DNA from: Malacoraja senta
Taxonomy: Eukaryota
Direction of reading: 5' to 3'
NCBI GenBank assembly: GCA_038087875.1
Contig: JAXLNO010000385.1
Location: 930,001-994,000 of the forward strand
DNA length: 64,000 nucleotides
Below are positions 24,201 through 36,687 of this stretch, piece by piece (the first letter of the stretch is position 1; each line of letters starts with the position of its first letter). The translations under genes were made by a program, and so were the position numbers. The notes beneath the pieces are model-generated. The model was not told where the DNA came from, made no database searches, and was given only the letters and a program-made list of their open reading frames with translations.

Positions 24201-27200
24201 CGAGATAGATTTCGAGATAAATTTCGAGTTCGAGATAGAGTTCGAGTTCGAGATAGATTTAGAGATAAATTTCGAGTTCGAGATAGAGTTCGAGTTCGAG
24301 ATAGATTTCGAGATAAATTTCGAGTTCGAGATAGAGTTCGAGTTCGAGATAGTTCGAGTTCGAGATAGTTCGAGTTCGAGATAGAGCTCGAGATCGAGAT
24401 AGAGATCGAGATCAAGATAGTGTTCGAGTTCGAGTTCGAGATCGAGTTTGCGTTCGAGATAGTTCGAGATAGAGTTCGAGATAGTTCGAGTTCGAGATAA
24501 GAGTTCGAGTTCGAGATAGAGTACGAGTTCGAGTTCGAGAGAGAGTTCGAGAGAGAGTTCGAGTTGAATGAATGAATGAATGAATGAATGAATGAATGAA
24601 GGAATGGATGAATACGTTTATTGGCCAAGTATTCACAAACAAGGAATTTGCCTTGGTGCTCCGCCCGTAAGTCGAAATCTAACTCGAGTTCGAGATAGAT
24701 TTCTAGTTCGAGTTCGAGATAGATTTCGAGTTCGAGATAAAGTTCGAGGTCGGGATAGTTCGAATTCGAATTCGAGTTTTAGCTAGAGATAGAGTTCGAG
24801 TTCAAGACAGATTTTGAGTTCGAGTTCAAGATAGAGGTCGAGTTCGAGAACGAGATCGAGTTTGAGATCGAGCGCATTTGAGATAGTTCGAGATAGAGTT
24901 CAAGTTCGAGAGAGAGTTCGAGATATTTCGAATTCGAGTACGAGATAGAGTACGAGTTCGAGTTTTAGTTAGAGAGAGAGTTCGAGAGCGAGTTCGAGAT
25001 AGAGGTCGAGTTCAAGTTGGAGTTGGAGTTCGAGTTGGAGTTCGAGTTAAATGAATGTATGAATGAATGAATACGTTTATTGGCCAACTATTCACATACA
25101 AGGAATTTGCCTTGGTGCTCCGCCGGTAACTCGAACTCCAACTCGAGTTCGAGATCGATTTCGAGTTCGGGTTCGAGATAGACTTCGAGTTCCAGATAGA
25201 GTTCGAGGCCGAGATATTTTGTTCGAATTCGAGTTTTAGCTGGAGATAGAGTTCGAGTTCAAGATAGAGTTCGAGTTCGCGTTCGAGATAGTTCGGGATA
25301 GTTCGAGATAAGAGTTCGAGTTCGAGAGAGTTCGAGTTCGAGATAAAGTACGAGTTCGTGATCGAGTTCGATTCGAGTTGACTGAATGAATGAATGAAGG
25401 TATGAATGAATAAGTTTATTGGCCATGTATTCACATACAAGGAATTTGCCTTGATGCTCCGGCCGCAAGTCGAACTCGAGTTTGAGATCGTGTTCGAGAT
25501 GGAGATAGAATTCGTTCGAGATAGAGTTCGTGATAGAGTTTCGAGTTCGAGTTCGAGATCAAGTTTGAGCTCGAGTTCGTGTTAAATGAGTGAATGAGTG
25601 AATGAATGAATAATTTTATTGGCAAAGTATTCACATCCTAGGTGTTTGCCTTGGTGCTCCGCCCGTAAGTCGAAATCCAACTCGGGTTCGAGAACGAATT
25701 CGAGTTCGAGTTCGCGATAGATTTCGAGTTCGAGATAAAGTTCGATGTCGAGATAGTTCGAGTTCGGATTCGAGTTTTAGCTGGAGATAGTTCGAGTTCG
25801 AGATAGAGTTCGAGTTCGAGATAGAGCTCGAGATCGAGATAGAGATCGAGACAAGATAGTGTTCGAGTTCGAGTTCGAGATCGAGTTTGCGTTCGAGATA
25901 GTTCGAGATAGAGTTCGAGATAGAGTTCGAGTTCGAGATTAAGAGTTCGAGTTCGAGATAGAGTACGAGTTCGAGAGAGAGAGAGAGTTCGAGAGAGAGT
26001 TCGAGTTGAATGAATGAATGAATGAATGAATGAATGAATGAATGAATGAAGGAATGAATGAATACGTTTATTGGCAAGTATTCACAAACAAGGAATTTGC
26101 CTTGGTGTTCCGCCCGTAAGTCGAAATCTAACTCGAGTTCGAGATAGATTTCTAGTTCGAGTTCGAGATAGGTTTCGAGTTCGAGATAAAGTTCGAGTCG
26201 GGATAGTTCGAATTCGAATTCGAGTTTTAGCTAGAGATAGAGTTCGAGTTCAAGACAGATTTTGAGTTCGAGTTCAAGATAGAGTTCGAGTTCGAAAACG
26301 AGATCGAGTTTGAGATCGAGCGCATTTGAGATAGTTCGAGATAGAGTTCAAGTTCGGAGAGAGAGTTCGAGATATTTCGAATTCGAGTTCGAGATAGAGT
26401 ACGAGTTCGAGTTTTAGTTGGAGAGAGGAGTTCGAGAGCGAGTTCGAGATAGAGGTCGAGTTCAAAGTTGGAGTTGGAGTTCGAGTTTGGAGTTCGAGTT
26501 AAATGAATGTATGAATGAATGAATACGTTTATTGGCCAACTATTCACATACAAGGAATTTGCCTTGGTGCTCCGCCGGTAACTCGAACTCCAACTCGAGT
26601 TCGAGATCGATTTCGAGTTCGGGTTCGAGATAGACTTCGAGTTCCAGATAGAGTTCGAGGCCGAGATATTTTTTTTCGAATTCGAGTTTTAGCTGGAGAT
26701 AGTTCGAGTTCAAGATAGAGTTCGAGTTCGCGTTCGAGATAGTTCGGGATAGTTCGAGATAAGAGTTCGAGTTCGAGAGAGTTCGAGTTCGAGATAAAGT
26801 ACGAGTTCGTGATCGAGTTCGATTCGAGTTGACTGAATGAATGAATGAAGGTATGAATGAATAAGTTTATTGGCCATGTATTCACATACAAGGAATTTGC
26901 CTTGATGCTCCGGCCGCAAGTCGAACTCGAACTCGAGTTTGAGATCGTGTTCGAGATGGAGTTAGAAGTCGTTCGAGATAGAGTTCGTGATAGAGTTCGA
27001 GTTCGAGTTCGAGTTCAAGTTTGAGCTCGAGTTCGTGTTAAATGAGTGAATGAGTGAATTAATGAATAACTTTATTGGCAAAGTATTCACATACTAGGTG
27101 TTTGCCTTGGTGCTCCGCCCGTAAGTCGAAATCCAACTCGGGTTCGAGATCGAATTCGAGTTCGAGTTCGCGATAGATTTCGAGTTCGAGATAAAGTTCG

Positions 27201-28097
27201 ATGTCGAGATAGTTCGAGTTCGGATTCGAGTTTTAGCTGGAGATAGTTCGAGTTCAAGATAGTTCGAGTTCGATTTCAAGATAAAGTTCGAGTTCGAGAT
27301 CGAGTTTGAGATAGTTTGAGATCGAGTCCGCGTTCGAGAGAGTTCGAGATAGTTCGAGATAGAGTTCGAGTTCGAATTCGAGTTCGAGTTCGAGATAGAG
27401 TTCGAGATTGAGTTCAAGATAGTTCGAGTTCGAATTCGAGTTCGAGATAGAGTTCGAATTCGAGTTCGAGATCGAGATCGTGTTCGATATAGAATTCGAG
27501 TTCGAGTTCAAGTTCGAGCTCGAGTTCGAGTTGAATGAATGAATGAATGAATAAGTTTATTGGCCAAGTATTCACAAACAAGGAATTTGCCTTGGTGCTC
27601 CGCCCGCAAGTAGAAATCAACCTCGAAATCGAGATAGAATTCGCGTTCGAGAGAGTTCGAGTTCGAGTTCGAAATAGAGTTCAACTTCGAGATAGTTCGA
27701 GTTAGAGATCGAGTTCGAGTTATAGTTCGGGTTCGAGATAATTCGAGTACGAGTTCGAGATCGAGTTCGAGATAGAGTTCGAGTTCGAGTTAGAGTTCGT
27801 GAAAGAGTTCGAGTTCAATTTGGTTCGCATTCGAGAGAGTTCGAGTTCGAGTTCGAGTTCGAGTTCGAGAGAGAGTTCGAGATAGTTCGAGTTCGAGTTC
27901 GAGTTCGAATTCCAGTTCGTGTTCGCGTTCGATTGAGAGTTCGTCATAGTTCGAGTTCGAGTTCGAGTTCGAGATATAGTTGGAGTTCGAGTTGGGGAGT
28001 GATTTCGACATATAGTTCGAGAGAGTTAGAGGTCGAGATAGTGTTCGAGGTCGAGATAGAGTTCCTGAAAGAGTTCGAGATCGAGTTCGTTCGAGTT

Positions 28098-28263
<166 letters not shown>

Positions 28264-28360
28264 AGAGTTAGTTAGTTAGTTAGTTAGTTGGTTGGAATTC
28301 GAGAGAGAGAGAGAGAGAGAGTTCTAGTTCAAGTTCCAGTTCGCGCTCGAGTTCGAGTTC

Positions 28361-31300
28361 GGACTTCCGATGGCGCCATGGAGCACTGAAGGCGTCACAT
28401 TGAGCTCCTCTCCGGCAACAACTGTGAAAACCCGTTAAAAAGCTGTTTTCTAAATCAGTACCGATTTTAAAAAACACACCGGAGCTGCTTGGCGTTGCGT
28501 AAGGGTGACGTCATCAGAAGGCGACGCGAAATCGGGAGTTTAACGCTAAAAATCGGGAATTTAAATGGGAAGAGAAAAAGGCTCACGAGCACCCAAGAAG
28601 AACACCATAAGTCTCCAAATCGAGAAAGTCTTGGATACTCTGCAAGACAGAAGAAGGCTCACAAGGCTCAGAAGAAGAAGAATTCGACAGCCAAGGATCT
28701 CTGCTCGAAATGGCTGCAAAAGGAGACAAGAAGGAGAAGGAGGTAAAGCAAATGCTTTTAGAAATGTCTGCTAAAATCAATGCTACACTGGAAAAGATCC
28801 AGTGTATGGAGTCTAATACGGAGAGTAATAAGCAGAGTATCGAGACTAATATGGAGAGAATTTCTCAATAAATTTATACAGCTTACGGTGAGTTAAAGGA
28901 GCTGAATAAACAACATAAGGAGGCTGATAAAAAATTAGAATGTGCTAGACTCGCAACTGACTATAATAAGAAATTCACTGATGTTAAGGATAATATGGGA
29001 AAGCTGGATGAGTTAATGGAAGAGATGGAGAATGAAATGAAAGTAATGTTCACTGAAATAAAGAGTTTGAAAAAATCACAAAAAAACTGAAGAAGAAAAA
29101 CGTAAAAATGACGGATAAATGTCTGGACTTGGAAGCAAGGTCGAGAAGGCAGAATTTGAGTATTGTTGGAGTGAGAAGGACGAGAGGGTCATGGATCTCA
29201 AACATGTACTTTTGTTACTGACTTACTCAAAGATGTTTTTGAACTGCCGGGAGCACCAAGAATAGATGTCGCTCACAGAGTAGGACGTGTTTCAAGAGAG
29301 GCAAATGCTCCTCCAAGACAGATAATTGTGAAATTCCTCGATATCTTTTCAGTGGAATTTGTATTGAAAAAAATTACTCATGGGGAGAATCTGACATATC
29401 GTGGGGATAATATTCGATTTTTCCGGGATTACCCCCCGGAGGTCGTCCAGAGAAGGAACTTGTTTACACAGACAAGAAATATATGAAAGGGATACGCGAT
29501 GTGAGATATGGAATTGTTTATCCAGCTAAAATGAAGATTACTCATAATGGCACTGTACGCTCGTTCACAGACCCCGAAAAAGCTTTTAATGTGCAGAGGA
29601 TATCGTAAAGAAAACATCTGGTGAAGTGGATGAAGAATGATCTGTTTAACTTTTAGGACTGGTTAATATGGTGGAATTTTCCTGACAGTTAGCAAGCTTA
29701 TCTGTCTGAAATGTGTTTGGGAGAGTACTGTTTATATTTCACCTTGAATGAAAAGCTTAAAGATAAACAAAAGACGTTGAAGACACAGAATTAATGAGGG
29801 AATGTATAATGGACATGGAACAACATGGGATATAAAATCTGCTGATTTAAGAAGATTTTTAATTATTATACTCCAATTATAAATAATAACGACTTTAACA
29901 AATTTAACAATACTAATTATTTGTGAATGTATGTAGTAAATATGAATAAATCATGAGACGGGGAAGGAGATAATGGGAGTGTATATAATTATGATTTAAA
30001 TCACTAAAACGTCTATAACACTACTAATACCCTTTTTGTTGTTGTGTGGGTAGGAGTTAGTTGCAGCATATAACTGGAAGAGATCGTGTAGTGAGGTTTT
30101 GCTTAACCCCTTGGTACCTGTTTGTATGTTTCAGAATTCTGGGTGGATATACATGGTAAAGCTTAGACTAGATTAAGGTTAGATAAATTGGAAGGGCATA
30201 TATACTTATAAAATTGAACTTAGGTTGTGTTTTATATTCTTTTTTTATGTTTCCCTTTGATTTTTTTTGTTAATTTTTTTCGGTTTTTATTGGGGCTGGT
30301 TTGATAAATTTATATAAGCAAAGATAAAATATGTAACGGTCTGTAGCTTTTTATGAGGATCTATTAAGGAGTTGGAGCTCAATGTATAACAACATTAACG
30401 GAAGTATACATTTTTCGCCATCTTAGGTGGCCATTCGTCTTTAAGATATCTTTTCTTAGAGATCTTAAGAGCACTTTTTTTCACTATAAACACTTTTATT
30501 CGCTCACTTTTTTTATAATCAATTTTATATCACATCTTTCTTTTCTTTTCCAAAGGCACTACACAAGAAGGAGATGCTATATAAATCTAAACATTTGGCA
30601 TGACCACCCAACATCCAGAACTCTGAGGTATTTGGTTGCACTATATGATTCAGGAATACTATTTTGATATATAATGCAAGACGATAGACAAATAAAGAAT
30701 GGAAGAATTACATTCTGTAGTTGGAATATATGGGGTGCGAATGAACCAATTAAGAGGGGTAACATTTTTGCTCAACTGAAATCTATGAACAGCGACATAA
30801 TGTTTTTACAGGAAACTCACATGAAACAACAAACATAAATGAGATTAAAGGCGAAGTGGATAGGTCAAACATATTATTCGTCATTTACTTCTAAATCTAG
30901 AGGTACAGCTATTCTTATCCGAAAAGGTATACCTTTTAAATTAAAGAATACTATATCAGATAAAGAGGGAAGGTATATTATAGTTTCGGGATAAATTTAT
31001 GCAACCCCACTAACTATGATAAATATTTACGCTCCGTACTTTGACAACCCCAAATGTGTTGATAAAATTATAGATATATCAGAGTTTAATTTTCAGAATG
31101 TGATAAAAGGAGGGGACTTCAATTGTGTTTTAGATCCGTATCTAGACAAATCAGTAAAACAAAAGAGGAGTAATTTAAAATCTAAGACTAGTGAACTTAT
31201 AAATACATATATTAAAAATACTAATATAATAGATGTATGGAGATCTGCTAATCCAGCTGGAAGGGAAAACTCGTTTTACTCTTCGGTACATAAAACTTAT

Positions 31301-34300
31301 TCAAGAATTGATTATTTTTTAGTGGATATGAAATTAATGCCATATACAATTAATCCAACGTACCACAATAGTAGTATTTCTGATCACTCTCCACTGACAT
31401 TTTCAGTAAAATTCGAGGGAATGCTGGGTATAAAAAAATTTCGGAGGTTTAATACACATATTTTAAATGACATACAAGGTTATCAATATTTAAAACAACT
31501 TTTGGAATTAAATTTTTGAAATCTTTACAAAGTTATTTAAAACAAGACTGATACCCAAAGCAGAATGGATTATCTTCGGAATAACGGAAGATGGTCCAGA
31601 ACTAAATGTGTTTCAAAAGAAACTAATGGACTATGAGTTAATAACTGGAAGAAAGCTAATTCTAAAATTTTGGAAGAAGGCTCCAATACCAACTATAAAT
31701 ATGTGGATTTCAAATATGTTTGAAACATTACACCTTGAAGAGATAAGACTCCTCCTAGCAGGTAAACCAGATCACTTCCACCTGACGTGGTCTGCATTTA
31801 TAGAATTATTACAAATATAGGGTGCAAAAGTACTTAAAAAAAATAAAAAAAAAATAAAAAAAATTGAGGGGGGATGATAGTTGAAGAGTTGGTATGTCCC
31901 ATTTACGTAATGCTCATAAAAATATTTGTTTCTCTCTTTTTCCTCTTTCTCTTTCTCTTTCTTTTCTAGGGCCTATTTCTTAACTCTTTTTCTTTTGTTT
32001 TTAATTTTGCTCTTATAGGGTCTTCGTCCTTTTTTGTTGTCACATTTTCTACACTTTCACTTTTTCCTTCACTTTCTTCTTTCTTTCAATCTTTTCCTTT
32101 TCTAGTGTAAAAAATAATGGAGTACATTAATTGTAAGAAGATATAAATGACGAGTACTAATATATGTGGTTGTAATGTAATGTACTTCTAATAAATAAAA
32201 ATTATTTAAAAAAATAAAAAATAAAAAAAATAAAATTAAAAAAATATATATATATATATATTTAAAACATCAAATGAAACTTTTTTTTGATACAAATGAT
32301 ATGCCAGGTACCTCGCCTTCTTTATTATGGGAAACTTTTAAGGCATTTATTAGAGGAATTATAATTCCATACGAAATTTTTCAAAATAAAAAGAATAAGA
32401 CAGAACAAATGTTGCTAGAACAAGAAATTAGACAGTTAGAGTTAGATAATGCTAAAGACTCCACTATAGATAAACATAATAAGATAATATCACTGAAATT
32501 TAAACTTAATCGAATTCTATCGGCAAGAGTAATAAGATTATTCCAAATTACAAAACAGAAACATTTTGAGTTCGGTGACAAACCACATAAGCTTTTAGCT
32601 CGTCAACTGAAAAACAAGAAAAATAAAATACTATAAATAAAATTAAATCAGAGAAAGGTGAATTACTAATACTACCTAAATATATTAATAAAAGATTTGC
32701 TCAATTTTATCAAAATGTATATACATCAAAAACTAAAATAGAAGATAGTAAAATCAAGAAATTTTTAGATAATTGTAATCTTCCAAAACTTGACCTTTTG
32801 GAACAAGAGGAACTTGGAGCTTAAATTACAATCGAAGAAATAGGTGAAACAATAAAATCGTTGACAAATGGTAAGACACCGGGACCAGACGGTTTTAGTA
32901 ATGAATTATATTAAAAAAATCATGAGATAACGACTCCTTATTTATTTAATTTATATACTCACGCTTTTAAAGAAAATAAACTACCTGAAAGATTAGCAGA
33001 ATCAACTATTACGCTTATTCCAAAAAAAGATAAAGATTTAGAGGATCCGGGCTCATATAGAGCTATATCACTTTTAAATACAGACCAGAAAATTCTAGCA
33101 AAGGCTTTACTAAGAAGACTAAGCAAATATATTAGTAAATTGATAAACCCTGATCAATACCCAAAAGATATTCATTTAATAATTTGCGACGCCTGTTTAA
33201 TATAATGTACTCAGATAAAGTGGAGGAAGAAGATATATCAATTATTTCTCTGGATGCAGAGAAAGCATTTTGATCAGGTAGAATTGCAGTATTTATACAA
33301 AGTATTGCAAACAATTAATATGGGAGAGAACTTTATTACATGGGTAAAATTATTATATGATAAACCGATGGCAAGAATATTAACTAATAATATGTTATCT
33401 AAAAATTTCAATTATCAAGGGGTAATACGTGTTATCACCCCTGCTATTCGCCCATGATAAGAACCTTTGGCTGAAAGTACTAAGAAGTCATCCGAATATT
33501 CAGGGTTATAATACTAGGGACTCAAATAAGAAAATTCCATTATATGCAGACGATATTCTTTTATATATTACAAAATCACAATCGAGCATACCAAATTTAT
33601 TAAACTTAATAGAGGAATTGGGTCCTTTTTTGGAGATAGAATAAATTGGAATAAAGTGAAATCATGACGTTAAAACCTCAAGAATCTACACACTTACTGA
33701 AGTTCCCCTTTAAAAGCAAACAGAAAAATTAAATATTTGGGTAATCAGAATATTGGAAAATATAAAGCATTATTCAATGCTAATTTTATTACCTTTATTA
33801 AACAAATGTTATACCTTTATTAAATATACTGATTACATTTTGGAACACTTCCTTTATCATTAATAGGTAGAATAATGCTATAAAAAATGATCTTTGTACC
33901 ACAACTATTATACCTATTTCAGTCTATACCAGTATATATACCAAAATACTTTAAAAAAAATTAGACTCGATTATTACTGATTTTATTTGGGATTATAAAT
34001 CAACATAGAATTTAAAAAAAAAACGTATTTAAACCAAAAGATGTCGGGGACTTTCACTCCAGAATTTTCTGTATTATTATTCGGCAGTGCATATTAAGAA
34101 TATAATTTACTGGTTGGACAGTTCTACCAACAGACAGAATGGATAAAAATGGAGAAAGAGGATTGTTTTCCTTGTAATATAGGAACGATCCTCTTCTCCC
34201 CCCGAAAAAACGGACAATACAATATATAAGAAGAAACCCAATTATACATGATACAAATAAGAATATGGAAACAAATAAAATTATCCTTAAAATTAAGAAA

Positions 34301-35336
34301 TTTATCATTGTTGATACCAATAGCGAATAATCCTTTATTTAAACCATCTCTTATTGACAAAACATATAATCAATGGGAAAGTTTAGGAATTAAAGGATCG
34401 GGGATATGTATGAAATGGAAATGTATTATCATTTCAACAATTACAATTAAAATTTAAATTGAAAAACAACCATTATTTTAAATATCTTCAGATTTTGCGA
34501 TTTCACGAAGAAATACATACAAGGATATCAAAACATAACTCCTGATTTATTGGAAGAAGCAAGAATATTAAAGCTGACGCACAAAAATTAATATCGTATT
34601 TATATGATAGTATTTTAAATATAGACCTACCATCGACAGAGGTACCTAGAGAAGAGTGGGAACGGGAATTAATGATAAAAATTACGGTTACATGGGAAAA
34701 GTATTTGATGTACATTCACAAATGTTCGATTAATGGAAGACATAATCTAATTCCAATTAAAAATTTTACATAGATTATATTATTCAAAAAGAAGATTAAA
34801 TGAATTCTATCCAAATATATCCCCCATTTGCGATAAGTGTTTAACCCAATACGCAACTATAACACACTCTTTTGTTTCCTGCATAAAACTTTATAGATTC
34901 TGGAGTGATATTTCGAAATATTTACAAAATCATTTAAGATAAAAATGGAACCTAATAATGGATTGATTATATTTGGGTTAATGGAAGATGGGAATAAATT
35001 GAATTCATCTCAAAATTTATTTTTTAATTATGGTTTAATAATAGCAAAAAAATTAATACTTAAATTTTGGAAAAATGCACCGATACCAACGCTCAAAATG
35101 TGGATTGCAAGTATGTTGGACATCGCACATCTTGAGGAAATGCGATTCCTCCTAATACATAAATCTGACCAATTCATAACGAGTTGGTCTCCATTTGACG
35201 TCTTTTTGGAATCATATGGTGCAACACAATTGTAAAAGCTAACTGTCTCGTGACTGGGCGAGGGATGGTCAACATTATGAATAAGATCTCCTTACTTCTT
35301 TTTTCTTTTTCTTCCTTTTTTCTTTTACTTTCTTTT
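28361..35336 (+). mobile_element. Near full-length decayed L1 (5' UTR, ORF1, ~1-kb inter-ORF spacer, ORF2); 3' UTR truncated against a satellite cassette
   Basis: Starts GGACTTCCGATGGCGCCATGG; ORF1 ~28565-29640 (coiled coil, RSRRQNL); ORF2 from ~30700 (LQETH, NIYAP, GGDFN, SRIDY, SDH, LDAEKAF, YADDIL, C-terminal cysteine domain to 35235); many stops and frameshifts; no poly(A). Confidence 0.92.
31498..32257 (+). mobile_element. L1 3' fragment of another subfamily nested in the large L1
   Basis: KLILKFWKK…HLEEIR C-terminus, T-rich UTR, A-rich tail; ATATTTAAAACA at 31486-31497 and 32258-32269. Confidence 0.85.
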
Positions 35337-35426
35337 CACATACAAGCAATTTGCCTTGATGCTCCGCCCGCAAGTCGAGTTCGAGTTCGAGATATTCGTG
35401 ATAGAGTTCGAGTTAGAGTTCGAGTT

Positions 35427-36687
35427 CAATAGACAATAGACAATAGGTGCAGGTGTAGGCCATTTGGCCCTTCGAGCCAGCACCGCCATTCAATGTGATC
35501 ATGGCGGATTATCCCCAATCAGTACCCCGTCCCCGCCTTCTCCCAAAATACCCTGACTCCGCTATTTTTAAGATCCCTATCTAGCGCTCTCTTGAAAGCA
35601 TCCAGAGAACCTGTCTCCACCGCCCTCTGAGGCAGAGAATTCCACGGACTCACCACTCTCTGTGAGAAAAAGCGTTGTCTCGTCTCCGTTCTAAATGGCT
35701 TACTCCTTATTCTTAAACCGTGGTCCCTGGTTCAGGACTCCCCCAACACCGGGAACACGTGTCCTGCCTCTAGTGTGTCCAAGCCCTTAACAATCTTATA
35801 TGTCTCAATGAGATAACCTCTCATCCTTCTAAACTCCAAAGTGTCCAAGCCCAGCTGCTCCATCCTGGGAATTAACCTTGTAAACCTACGCTGCACTCCC
35901 TCAATAACAAGAATGTCCTTCCTCAAATTAGGGGACCAAAACTGCACACAATATTCCAGATGTGGTCTCACAAGGGCTCTGTACCACTGCAGAAGGACTT
36001 CTTTGCTCCTATATTCGATTCCTCTTGTTATAAAGGCCAACATGCCATTCGCTTTCTTCAGTGCCTGCTGTACCTGCTTGTTTACTTTCATAGACTGGTG
36101 TACAAGGACCCCCAGATCCCGTTGTACGTCCTCTTTTCCCAACGACGCCAATTAGATATAATTCTGCCTTCCTGTTTTTGCTACCAAAGTGGATAACCTC
36201 ACATTTATCCGCATTAAACTTCACCTGCCATGCATCAGCCCACTCCCCAATCTGTCCAAGTCACCCTGCATTCTCATAGCATCCTCCTCCCAGTTCACAC
36301 TGCCACCCAGCTTTGTATTATCTGCAAATTTGCTGATGTTACTTTGAATCCCTTCATCCAAATCATTGATGTATATTATAAATAGCCGAGGTCGCAGCAC
36401 CGAGCCTTGCGGTACCCCACTAGTCACTGCCTGCCATTCTGAAAGAGACCCGTTAATCCTTATTCTTTGTTTCCTGTCTGCCAACCACTTCTCTATCCAT
36501 GTTAGCACTATCCCCAATACCAAGTGCCCTAATTTTGCCCACTAATCTCCTATGTGGGACCTTATCAAATGCTTTCTGAAAGTCCAGATACACTACATCC
36601 ACGGGCTCTCCCTTGTCCATTTTCCTAGTTACATCTTCAAAAAATTCCAGTAGATTAATCAAGCATGATTTCCCCTTCATAAATCCA
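35427..36687 (-). mobile_element. CR1 3' fragment, macro-unit copy 2
   Basis: Same 5' truncation point and satellite flank as 19955-21219. Confidence 0.92.
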
